Below are positions 36,078 to 49,900 of a stretch of 64,000 nucleotides of DNA, piece after piece (positions within the stretch are counted from its first letter, which is position 1; every line of letters starts with the position of its first letter). The stretch comes from Saccostrea echinata. Lineage: Eukaryota. The DNA is taken from positions 2,604,001 to 2,668,000 of the forward strand of contig NW_026889796.1 of NCBI RefSeq assembly GCF_033153115.1. The letters run 5' to 3'. The notes beneath the pieces are model-generated. The model had not been told where the DNA came from. It was given only the letters and a program-made list of their open reading frames with translations, and did not search any database. A program made the translations under genes and the position numbers.

Positions 36078-37905
36078 ATGGCGACAGATTCCAAGCCTCT
36101 TGAGGCTTCAAAGAAAGAAGACGGTAGAACAATTAATCTGATTTTGTATTGTTTTATATATTTTGATGTTTGCATGTAAATGAAACAAAAATCTTAAATC
36201 GTCTCCTGCTGTAATATTGTCACAAAATGATGTTCTCTGCATCATTACATGTATGTGTTTTAACTTTTAGGTCTAGGCCTATCTTTTTATAAAAGTCATT
36301 TGTATGTCAATGTATGATTTTATGACCTTAATATTTTGGCATTTATCAGGTATCAAATGGTCACTGTCAGACTAGCTGATACATATATATTTAATTTTGG
36401 AGTGTTTGATATGAGAAATTAATCTGGACACCTTAAGTTGAATCTCTTTGCATTGAAGTGAACTTTTACTTCATAAAAAAACACCAAACAGATATCCTTG
36501 GAGAGTTTCAGGCAATGTTACTATGTCATTTTACCTGCTTCCCATGAGTTATTTTTTTATCGTTCTTTTATAGTATATAAAATTGGGGCAACTCGTGTAC
36601 TTCAATTAAAGCACTCACCGATGACAAAAATGTCATACTACAAACATTTTATGAGGGGTATGTCATCTGCAAAATGTAGCAGAGCATATACATTATATCA
36701 TGATAATTTAGTAAACTATATATTATAACATGTCTGGATACATCATCTTTTAGATTTTGAGGGATATATATGCTTGCATTTTAGTCCGTACTCTGTAATA
36801 CTAATTATATTAATCATATGCTAATATTTATCGTATATGTATTTTAAATACCACACATATTTGAACCAAAAAATATCATAATATGGTGCATATTTATAGA
36901 TCTGTCATTCTTTTATAATTAAGTGTGCTAGAGGAGTGCATGTTGCATCTAATCAGACACTAACGCTAAACAGAATGATTAAACATTACTGAAATTTATT
37001 TATTCTGTACTATCTGAGTGTTATTATATTCATTCACATTTTCCCAAGAATTGTAATTTACTACCTTAAAATATGGCTGTTAACCTTGTGATAATTTTGT
37101 ATAAGGTCAGTTCAGGACTTACTACTTGGTAATTAAAACTCATAAATTCAGTAAGATTTAAAAGTACACATTCCAAACTTTACAACAAGTTAGTGATTGT
37201 TTCTATATCACTTGAAAAAGATTTTTTTATTATTATAGAGGATAGACCCATGCAGGTAGTTTTAGTAGGGGAAGCGACTCAAGAAAATGAAGATCTGCGA
37301 CAAGCTCTCAAGGTGAAATTTTTGAAGCACATTCTGAAATGTGTTGGAAAATCATCTCTTTTCACGATTTTTTGTTTATTACCATTATGTAATAATGTTT
37401 ATCCATATTCATGAGATCAATATTTGAGATTCTTATCCTTCTACCTCAAAATGAAAATAAGAGAGTTGAATCTTAATAATTAATTTGTTTTTAATTTGTA
37501 ATTTGTTAAATGTTATAAATGTCATAAAATGTTGAAAATATATATAAAGAAAAGATCATGCATAGAGGATGTATGCAAGATGTCAAATAGGACCAGATCA
37601 TGTTTTATATTTAATGTTGAATTCTTTTTCCTTCTTGTCAGTACATTGCTCATGTTAACTTTTTTTGTAGACTTTGGGTGTTAAGACCCGTTTATCTGAA
37701 ACAGGGATGGACTTCATTCACATGGCTTCTGAAATTGAGACAGTGTTTGTTTTGTCTGAGTTTGGGGGAGATGTTTTTCACAATCTCTATAAAGCTGAGG
37801 CAAACATTGTGGGCCCCCCTGTGATACTGCTCTGTGCCAAAGAAAACAAGGTGACCAAAAAAAAAACCCCCACCTTTTGCTAGCCTTGTTTTACTTTAAA
37901 ACTTA

Positions 37906-37953
<48 letters not shown>

Positions 37954-40900
37954 CGTTGTCTGTCGTCCATCCGTCTGTAAACTTTTCACATTTTCAACTA
38001 CTTCTCAAGAAGCACTGGTCCAATTTTAACCGAGATTAGTACAAAGAATCCTTGGGTGAAGGGGAGTTTAAATTGTTAAAATAAAGGGCCAAGCCCCCTT
38101 CCAAGGGGAGATAATCAGGAAAAGACAAAAATAGGGTGGGTCATTAAAAAATGTTCTTCTCAAGAACCACTTCGCCAGAAAAGCTGAAACTTAAGTGGAA
38201 GCATCCTGGGGTAGTGTAGATTCTAAATTGTTCAAATCATGACCCCTGGGAGTAGGGCGGGGCCACAATAGGGAATCCAAGTTTTACATTGAAATATATT
38301 AATATAGGAAAAATCTTCTTCTTAAGAACCACTGAACCAGAAAAGCTGAAACTTATGTGGAAGCATCATGGTATAGTGTAGATTTTAAATTGTTCAAATC
38401 ATGGGTAGGGTGGGGCCACAATAGGTACAGTGCCCACTGTGCAATCCGACAACTGTGCAATCCGGCACACTGGACTTTCCGACCTAATATTTTATTCCCA
38501 AAATTTTCTTTATAATTTATATAGAATAAAACACTGTATATTCCGACCACTGTACATTCCGAATTCCGGCGCTTTTTTGTCAACAGAACTAGATAATTAC
38601 TTTATGATTTCACCTGAGTAATCCGACATAATTACACTGTACCGTAATTAGCCGCTGGCCAGGTAACGTGAATGTCTCGTTTGGTCACAAGATTGGTCTA
38701 CTTAGAGAGTAGTTAATTACACGTACGAGTTTGAAAGTGTTTATGTAAGCAATTATAAACGAATAGTTTTTGAATTAAAAATTAGGCAATCATTTCTCTG
38801 TTGTTATATATATGTCCCTGTTGTTATCAATTTTATTCTCGCACTGAAAAAATAGCATCCACGCGACAGAAAATAAAAAAGTACGTGATGTTTAGATCGC
38901 CTTTACCTTACAGAATAAATAAGATTTTCAGCTTGAAATTAAAATCAAATATGCATTCACGGTCCTTCGTAGAACCATGTTATGAAAAAAAAAATGAGTA
39001 CGTCGAACTACTGTGTAACACAATACACAATTTGAAAGGCAGCATCTTGTCGTATAGAAAACGCTTCATTTCCGGATTAATATACACTGAATCAAGCGAG
39101 GCTGTGTACATAAAAGATTCACCGAAAGCAAAAAATACCGTCTTCAGTTGCCCATTAAATTTAAAATATTACGTCTGTTTGATTAAAATTCAATCGCAAT
39201 CACAGTTTTAGAGCTACGTCCCGTTTGTATGAAAAGTCGCGTGACGGTATTAATAGCACAGTCTATGTTGAGAAATAAACAATGGCAAAAATCTGTAGAA
39301 AAAAATAATACCACTGTGTAGAGAAGGTAGACGAAATATTTACTTTAATATCGACTGTCAGTAAGTAAAAATTAAACTGCAACATCTCGAAGCAATCAGC
39401 AGTTCCATGTTTTGGCCATTAAAAAAAAAAGAAAAACATCGTATATTACTACAAAGTACAGAGTTTACTAATGCTATATCACAAACGCTGTTTCTCAAAG
39501 AAATGCTAATCAGATTTATTTTATACAGCAAAGAAACACACAATTATGCAAACACTTTGACAATTAAATATAAGTGTATTCTTAACCTAACGAAAAATGA
39601 TTTTTTTTTTTGTATGAAGTCGTCTGACACATATGATAATGCTCAGAAATATTCAACACTGGGTAATCCGACACACTGCCTAATCCGACATTGATTTTAT
39701 TTCCCGCAGCATGTCGGATAAGACAGGTTTCACTGTATTACAAGGGGGAAATCAGATGAATAACAGCAGGGCCAAAGTTACTCAGGTGAGGGTTGTGGCC
39801 CATGGGCCTCTTGTTTACTTTTAAATTGATACATAGTGATAAGAAGTTAAGAATCACAAAGAATATTAATGAATATACAGTCAAACCTTGTTATTTCAAA
39901 CTTGTCATTTTGATGTTTATTTTCTGTGGCCACTTTTGCAGGAGATACCATGTCATTCCAGACCCTTATACTGTACAGCTATGGAGGGAGTTATATTGTG
40001 CTTTACTGGGTTGGATAAACAAGAGGCTGTATGTATAATATTAAAGACAATACTCTTTTAGAAAAATATAGTTTGAATAATATGTCATTTCACGCAGTAG
40101 GTATTGAATGGTACACAATGCACTGTCATTGATAGTTAGAAAAAAAAAATTGGAAATTAAATTAATTGGAAAGCTTTTATAACTGAAGCAAGTAGTGTAT
40201 AACTTAAGATCTACAAATTGGATTACTTTTCCAGAGGCCTTTAGCAGAAATAGTGCACCACATGGGAGGAAGTGTACGTAGAGATGTTTCCTCCAAAGTT
40301 ACCCACCTCATTGCAGACTGCACAGATGGTCCTAAATATAGGGTGAGTACTTGTAATGTTGAGAAGACAATCTAATAATAATATTGAATTACAGGCAACC
40401 GCTGCAGGTTTTGTGATTCTGTTTATTTGTCTATACCATCAATTAAGTCCTGCATATATTGTGATTTTATATTTACAACTTGAGCTGCTAATTTTTCATG
40501 AAAATTGTCAACTACATAAATTACTTGTTCCTAAGTGTAGAATTTGAAAGAAAGAAAGCCCTCAGATTGAATCGAGTAGTGAGCATTTCTTTATCTCATT
40601 GTATGACATAGATGTAATTGTAAGAAAACATTTTCTATGTTTTAGCTTGCCAGTAGTTTAGAAATTCCCATTGTGAAAACAGACTGGATCTACAAAGTAT
40701 GGGCAGACAGGGATGTCATTGGAATGAAGGCAGATGAAAAAATGGTATATTGATAAAGATATTAATCACTCATGTTTAATAACTTGATAACTTGAAAACT
40801 CTTTGTAGCAAATATTCAGGTAAAGGACTTGTCTTGATACTAATTAAAGTAAGTAAATTAAGTAAAAATTAAATTTTGATGGTGAATTAGGTGGAAAAAA

Positions 40901-43900
40901 ATGGTAAGTCCTCAAAATCTGGAACATGTCAGGGGTAAAAAATATTTCAAATACAGTGGCTTCCATTTTATCGGATAGCGGTTTAACGAATATTTCGGCT
41001 ATTTCAATATAATATCAGAGCACAAAACCATTTCTTATATATTTATTAATAATTTCACCTGATATTCTGATGAGAAAATATTGGAATTTCGTTTTATCCG
41101 ATACAAAAATTTGGACTATCATAGTGTTTTTTGATAATCAGCACCTTGTTCACACCTCCAACTTCGTATGTGAAGCCTTTGTTTACACAGTTTGACACCA
41201 ATTACCTTGACTGGCTTGAGTACGACAATGAGGGGATTAGTTACGCCTGGACGCACACAGGCACCTGTCAATAGTGGGCATAGTAAATAGATAAGTTTTG
41301 ATTACAGTTTGTGGTGATCAGCTTGGGTTCAATGATGCACATGTTAATTATGACAATTATTTGCAATTTTTTCGGCGTGAAATTTTAATTATTGAACTGA
41401 TTAGCTTGTGTATGACAATTTGCTTGGATAATGAAATAAACCTATTCAATCGTTTAACTTGGTCAATTGGCTTAATATTTATTCACTTTTCAGTGCAAAA
41501 TTTATGGTAAAAATCACAAATGGTCCGTTCTATAAAAATACGTCTCAAAATTCATACCATCTTTCTCCACATGGCTCTCAAAATCTCTCTTCAGCAGACA
41601 AGAACGAGACTGGTAAACTCACACACAGTATAAAATACGTAACCGTATTAAAGAAACAAATAAAAACGAAATAATTACATATATTTAATATTTTTGTTTA
41701 TTTTTAATTTACAATCTATCCAGGGAAAAATAGTTTACGGTTATTAGTCAAGCATTTAGTCTACTTCCGTTTCCAAAATGGCGACCATCGAAGAAGGAAT
41801 GTAAACGTGCTGAAGAAAGATGGCAATAACTATCAAAGAATATATTCTATACGTCAATTTATTTGAAAAAAAATTTCATATTAAATTCATAAGTAAGTGA
41901 AATAAATTATTTTTAGTAAAGTCATTAAGTAAACATGTCAAAAGAAAACGAAAGTGCAAGTTTGAAATTTGCTACGATGTATTATCAATACATGTAGCTC
42001 TATACATCTATCTTTGGACTCGGTATGGAGCAATCGGCTATTCTAATTTTCGGCTATTTGGATAAAACTAGGCTGACAACTTGACTATTCGAAAAAACGG
42101 GAACCACTGTATCAGAGTTTGAAATATTCAAGGGGTATTTCAAATTCCATAATATAAGAGGTTTAAATATCTGCCTTTCTTCGATATACATGTACATATC
42201 CAACAATAAAATATTTCAGATAAGAAAGTTATCGTACATGTATAATAATCGTATACACATCAACCAGGTGTATTGTTCTTACAGGTGCAGCACAGGGTTC
42301 CTCCATTCTACAAATGCTGCTTGTGTTTTTATGGTTTTAGTGAAGAGGATAAAAAGCATATGGAAGAAGTCACTGCAGGAAATGGTTTGTAAACCTGTCA
42401 TGTTCAAATAGAGAATATGTGCATATTTAGTTAGAAATCAGTTTAATCAGCTATCCCCAAAATATGACTTTCTTACAGATACTTAAGTTATTAAACATGG
42501 TCAAATGAAATCTCCATTTGATGCGTTCCTGACTTTTGCATGATGTGTTATTTTATTGTGGTCTTTTAGGTGGAATATTTGCTGAGATTGGTGATGAAGA
42601 CTGTACCCATTTAGTTGTGGATGACCAGCAAACACCAGAGCTTCCTAAAGATATAGTGCTACCACATTTTATTGTCAGAGCAGAGGTAAGTCTTCAACTG
42701 CAATCTGGAGAAAAATGTTCCTTTGGGAAAAATATAACATGACAGTTATCAAGCTTACTCAGTTTTGTGAGTAGAATTTTAATTTACCTATTCATTTTTT
42801 AAAATTCTGTTCATTGTTTTATATTTATAGTGGTTTTGGGGGAGTATACAAATTGAGGCATGTTCTGATGAAAGATTTTATGAATATCAGAAGGTAAATT
42901 GGTAGTTCTTTTGTTGTTTTTATAATGTACATTAAAAATAATTCCTTTACAACTTATTAGTAATTCTTTTTAAATACAGAATATCCATCACATACATATA
43001 CCTGTAGCAAAATCTTTTAGATGATGAACAGGGATGAGCACTTGTTATTGCAGTAAATATTTCATTTGATTATAATTGCTTTCAAGATAAAATATGTCAT
43101 ATGTGTATTTTACTTGTTTTTGATCTGCTCCACTACTCACAAACCCTTGGCCTATCTTGCTATCAAAAGTCAAGATTTTTGCCTCATATTTGTGTTAACA
43201 TGTACTTATGGGTTGCATCATTGACCAAAATAAAGAGCATCGTAAAACAGAACTGTTCAAAGAATGTTCAATAAGCAGGCATCAAGTGATGTTTATTTTT
43301 TAGGATGCTAGTCTATATATCAAATTATATTTGAAAGTCAACTTAAAATTTGATGACGCTTAATTATTTATCATCTTTTGGATCATTGCTTACACGAGCA
43401 TTTCACTCCCCATACCATAAAGGCATGTGAAATCTTAGACCATAGAAATTAAATATACTGACTTATTGGTCAATGGATATCTATAGTTTTGAATTGCAAC
43501 TTAAGGAATAATCCCCATATTATGATAAACCAAAGTTTTAAGGAGAATGAAGCAGATCAGAAGAACTTGGCTAGCAAAGATGCATTTGAATTTTTGTTTC
43601 CATTTGAAAAGGAAACAAATGCTGAGTCAGTATTTACTCCTGGCCGATCTATATCTGGATCAAAATCACGGAAAAGAAAGAGGTTAAAGGAGAATATTGC
43701 ACAGCTAGCTGCAGAGGGAGAGCTGGACTCCCCATTGTACAAACGACGGTCCAGCAGTGAATATAGTCGTATATCCATGAGTCCAAGTTCATTTCTGGAT
43801 GCCTCACATACTCCAGACAAGTCAGATGCTATAGCTGGTAAGTTGTCAAACAGTTAATTTATTGGCATATGCAGTATGAAAAAAGTGATTAAAAATGTTT

Positions 43901-46900
43901 GTGAAAATGCTGCTCTGGGTTGTCCCTAAGATCCGGGGGCCAGGGAATTTCCCGCCTATAATGATGTTATCCGCCAACTACTCTAGTATTCCACCTCAAC
44001 CCTTGTTAGGGGAGGAACCCCAGACCCCCTTCTACTTTTTTTAATGTCCCCTCCTATTTCAATTCTTAGGGACAACCCTGGCTGCTAGACTTTGAGGTTT
44101 GGAAAAATGTGTTCTGCTAACCTGACTTACCCAATTTGATTTGCCGAGTCTGTTCCAGAACCATGTTTTTAAAACCCTAAATGCATGTAACTCAGTTTTG
44201 ATATGTACAGTTGAACTTCGTTATCTCAAAGTTCCATATCTTGAATACCATGGACATGTCGATGTGAGTTAAAAGAATACATTTTAACTACATAGATTAT
44301 TCTTGCCTATTGCGCAAAAAAAAGAAAAAAGATCATTAGCTAATAAAACATTATAATTGAATTTTATTGCAAATAATGAAAATACGACCAATAAGTTCCC
44401 TTCCAAAAATTTCATCATGTTCATTGGACCAATCTCTTAAAATTTTTTCTTATATGACTGTAAAAAAAAAACTCCACATGGATGTAGATTTTTCTACTTC
44501 AAGGACTCATATACTAGCCTTTACAAGATAAAGGGAAAAACCCAGACTAAACATAACAAAACACACACAATTCTTACTTGATATGTGAATTCCTATGCCA
44601 TTTGAATACATATGTAAATCAACAAATATGATTAAATCTTATATGAAGGTTTGTATTATTGCCTCAATCTATAATTTGTATATCTTAGTCTCAATTCTAA
44701 TTTCTTGTATATCATTTTAACATGGTTGTTAATTTTCTCTTTATATAAAGAAACAGCTGAAAATGAAGAAAAATCCAAAGTTATGCCATCTAAGTTATCA
44801 CCTAGACAACAGGTTGTCATGGAATTACTCCAAACAGAAAAGAACTACGTTGGCATCTTGCACACCATTTTAAATGTAAGAATTGTTTTATTTGATATAA
44901 TTTAAAAAAAAAAAATGTAGTGAAGCGTAATTTTTAGCTCACCTCAACGAAGTTGGGGGAGCTGATGTAATACCCTCGGCGTCCCAGGTTAAGGTTTCTG
45001 GAGCAGTTTTCTTTTCAAGTACTTCTATGGCCTATATTAGTCAGAGATGCATGGAGGATGCTTCTAGTGTGTTTCATTGTACCAGTCAAGGTTTCAGATG
45101 CTGCAATTTCAGCTATAGAATGACCAGGTTAATGTTTTTGGAGCAGGTTAAAGTTTTTGGAGCGGGTTAAAGTTTTTGGAGCAGGTCTCATTTCCAAGTA
45201 ACTATAAGCCCTATATTGACCAAACTTGCATGGATGATACATCTAAGGATGCACACTACTGAACTTGCTTCGGATGCTGGATCTGACCTACATTTTCAGG
45301 ATGAGTGACTAGGTGAAGGTTTTTGGAGTAGATCTCATTTCCAAGTAACTATAAGCCCTATATTGACCAAACTTGCATGGATGATACATCTAAGGATGCA
45401 CACTACTGGACTTGCTTCAGATGCTGGATCTGACCTATATTTTCCGGATGAGTGACCAGGTTAAGATTTTTGGAGCAGATCTCATTTCCAAGTAACTAAA
45501 AGCCCTATATTGACCAAACTTGCATGGATGATACATTTAAGGATGCACACTACTGGACTTGCTACAGATGCTGAATCTGACCTATGTTTTCCGGATGAGT
45601 GACCAGGTTAAAGTTTTTGGAGCAGATGTCATTTCCAAGTATCTATAAACCCTATATTGACCAAACTTGCATGGATGATACATATAAGGATGTTCACTAC
45701 TGGACTTGCTACAGATGCTGAATCTGACCTATATTTTCCGGATGAGTGACCAGGTTAAGGTTTTTGGAGCAGATGTCATTTCCAAGTAACTATAAGCCCT
45801 ATATTGACTAAACTTGCATGGATGATAGATCTAAGGATGCACACTACTGGACTTGCTTCGGATGCTGAATCTGACCTATATTTTCTGGATGAGTGACCAG
45901 GTTAAAGTTTTTGGTGCAGATGTCATTTCCAAGTATCTATAAACCCTATATTGACCAAACTTGCATGGATGATACATCTAAGGATTTACACTACTGGACT
46001 TACTTCGGATGCTGGATCTGACCTACATTTTCTGGATGAGTAACCAGATTAAAGTTTTTGGAGCAGATCTCATTTCCAAGTAACTATAAGGTCTATCTGA
46101 ACCAAACTTGCATGGATGATGCATCAAGGGACGAACAATCTCAAAACTTGCTTCGGATGCTGGATTTGACTTACATTTTCTGAATGAGTGACTAGTTTTA
46201 AGTTTTCAGATAAGTCCATTCCCAAGTAACTGCAAGCCCTATCAGACCAAAATTGCATATAAAATGTTGCATCTAGGGATGCACACTCCTAGATTATTAG
46301 TTTAGTGTGGGACTTTGCCTTACTTAAAGACAACATTTGTTGAGGTGAGCTCTGTAATCTCTGATTACCTATGTTTTGAAATTTATAATAATAGAATAGA
46401 CTATGACAGAACCTTTACCTGACTAGACTATATTGTACATGTATCCTGAGTCATGATCCATGTAATTGCAGGTTTTTAAATCAGAAATAGAAAAACCCAA
46501 TCAATACCATGGTGCTATTCTGGCCCCACAAGATATCAAGCTGATATTTGGCAACATTCCCCCTATCTACAAAGTTCACTGTGAAATCAAAGAGGAGCTG
46601 ACAGCTATGATGGAGAACTGGACAGAAGAATGCTTAGTGGGTCAGGTCATATCAAAACATGTAAGTAGGCCAGATTATCTCAAGAGGTCAGAGTTCAAAG
46701 TGTAATAAAATATGTTAATACCCAGCAAACATTGGGGAAAAGATCCTCTATTGGTTTTTATTTGAATGCTTTTGTTTTTCTGTCTTTGAATTCATGACTT
46801 GCAAAGTTGCAATTCAAATAGGGATGCTTGGAAATGACTTTTATACATGTAGATACAATGTTGTACTTTGCAGGCTGAAGCAATGCTGAAGGCATATCCT

Positions 46901-49900
46901 CCGTTTGTGAATTACTTCGAACAAACAAAAGAAACCATAGCTAAATGTGATAAAACAAACACAAGATTTCATGCTTTCCTCAAAGTAAGTAAAATTCAAA
47001 CATAAACATACTGACTGGTAATATTTAAGTGATTCATTTATCATTGAATTTCTGTATTTGAAAATACTTCTCTCCCTGGGAGAGAACATTTATAGATTTA
47101 GCTTTCTGTTTGATCCTTTTCATTTTTAATGAAATATTAATTGAATTTAATTAAATGATTTCTGTTTATAACTGTTTGTTATGATAATTTGGTGCAGGGT
47201 ACATGTACAAAACTCAATTAACCAGATTTTCTAAATTCAATTTGTATTAACTAACCATTCCTTTTAAAGTTTTCTTGTAAAGTTGAATGTTTCTGGGAAC
47301 CTGTTAAATGGAATTTCATATCTTTATTGGTGCCAGTACATGTGAATTTTTATTTCCTCACTTCTTGGTCATCAGTAAGTTTGTCCTATACTGTAGGTGT
47401 GTCGGAGTAAACCCGAGTGTGGTCGTCAGAGTCTGACAGAGCTGTTGATTCGGCCTGTACAGAGACTACCCAGTGTTTCACTGCTGCTTGGAGGTAAGTC
47501 TGACTTGGCACATAATTACTGAACATTTAATTTGCAGCTAAAAATTCTGTTTGATACATGAATAAAGTTTTACATGTAAACATAAGTATGAGGATATTGA
47601 ATTGTTAAAAAGAAAGCTACAGGGAACTTATACTGCCCATTATTTCTGTATACAAACTTTGATAGAAGGAAAAAAAGTCAAAATTTTGAACATTTTCCAA
47701 TATGCCCCTGGTTTGGAAATAGGATAGAGCAAACACTCTTCAAACCTTTTTTGGATAAATGGGATTAAAAAGGGTCATTTACATTGAATATTTACATGTA
47801 TACTGGTTCCACAGAAATTGGCTGGATTAGACAACATTCTAGATTATATAACATTTAAACAATGAAATTTACTAAAAGGGACTAAAAGATTTCATCATGA
47901 TAGCCTAGATTCCAAATACACAACATCCAGATTAGACAAATTTTAATGCACAGTAAAACATGCTTATAATGAAGTGCCAGGGATGGGCAATTTTGCTTCA
48001 TTATAAGCGTAATTCGTTATACATGTATGTACGTAGTGTTTGATATATTTTAAAGTCAAGGGGAATGAAAATCACTTCGCTATAAGCATCAATTCATTTT
48101 AAGCGTGTTGGATATAAGCGTGTTTTACTGTATATGCATTAAATTATAACTAGAAGAGATTTTTTTCCTTCCTTGATTTACATGTACATTAATGAAAAAT
48201 TGGTGTTTTTTTTTTGAAAAGTGCTAAAAATATCCTTCACAGTACACTTGAGGGAATACCTATTAATAAGTGAAGAAGATGACTTTTAAATAAGATAAAT
48301 ATGATGTTGTTGTGAACTACTTCTTTAGATATAATAAAGAAAACCAGCAAAGATAATCCTGATTATGAGAGACTAGAAAATGCCATAGACCTTGTTAAAG
48401 AAATTATGACGTAAGTTAATTTTGTTCTTCAAAAATCATCTACAAACAGCTTATAACGTATTAACATATCATTGCTGTAGAAACAGACAGAAGTTTGTTT
48501 TTGTATGAAAACTAGTAAAATCTCTTCTTCTTTTTTATTTTCAGACATATCAATGAAGATAAAAGAAAAACAGAGAACCAGGTTGTGATGTTTGATATTA
48601 TGAATGAAATCGATAACTGTCCTGTAAGTATCATATTGTGGAATTATGTACATGTGATGTATATCATAAAGTAAAAACAAACCTGCATAGCAGAAGGGGT
48701 AAGGGGGTGGATATGAATTACTGTAAAATTTGGTCTGCTTGTACCGTAAGTAGGTTGTATTTTTTTAAGGTTATGTATTGCAGGTTTTTTTTAGGACTTA
48801 AAATCAAGGGCCTGGGCCTTTCCATTTGGGAAAAAATAGTGTCATTTAGTTAAAATTGGGAAAAATATCATAATTCACATTTTTCGAGATAAATTCAAAT
48901 AGGAGCCATTTCTTTATTTGCAAGGCATTTATTGACTTATTTACATTCAATAAATCTTTATTGAAAATCAGCTTAACTTAATTGTTTGCTGTTCTGATGT
49001 TTTATTTAATTTAAGTTTAATTTTTTCCTATTATATTTAGAATAATTGACATTAATGTCATGTTTTGAATTGTCTTTTGGGAATTTTCTTTGATGAAATT
49101 GGGAAAAACACACACTTTTTACCATTGGGAATGGGGCCTATTACAGGCCCCCTATGACCCCTAAAAAACCCTGTATTGTCAGAGGGATTTGTCATTGACC
49201 CTTTTATAAGTGGGTACAAATTTTAGGCAGAATCAGTTGTCAGATCAATGCTCTAATGCTTTTACCTGTGTTTTCACAATTCAGTTTTACCAATAAATGA
49301 TAGATTTTTACAGTAAATCTAGTTTATTGACAGCATGAGATATATAAATAATTTAAAAAATAAATAATAAACTTTTGTCAGATAACTGTCGGAGTTGTTA
49401 AAAAAAAAATACATTTCGCCATCCAGAAAATTATCAACGTTTCTTTAACTGGCCTGTAAGTCAGACAGATTTTTGACCTATATAGGCGGGTATATAGGGT
49501 ATCTTTAAAAGTCTGAGTGACCATTTTTCTGCTGTCACAGCTTGTGGATGACAGTTGTACCTATAGGTTCCTTTGTCGCATTTACACATAATAATCGCAT
49601 GTTTTGTTGCAATCGTTTATGTACCAATCCCTTAATAGAGTCATATCTGAGCAAAATTTTAATACTCAAAAAACCAGCACACATATTTTTTGTTCTGAGA
49701 AGGTCAATTTTCTTTCTTTCGATGCAAACATAGGAATAATCAACAAATTACTGAAATAATGTCATAGACTTGCAGTTTCTACATCAGCTGATTTTGATTG
49801 CAGGCTACTCTTCTTTCCTCCCATCGTAGTTTTGTGAGCAAGGCTGATGTGATAGAACTTTCAGATGAACTATGTGGACGAAGTCTCCCCCTCTCTTTGT

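Noticed and set aside
38801-39694. ORFs of 136 and 95 aa inside the 1.3-kb TA-flanked element, as a possible transposase
   Set aside because: No HTH or DDE motif is recognisable and the composition is AT-rich and non-coding-like.
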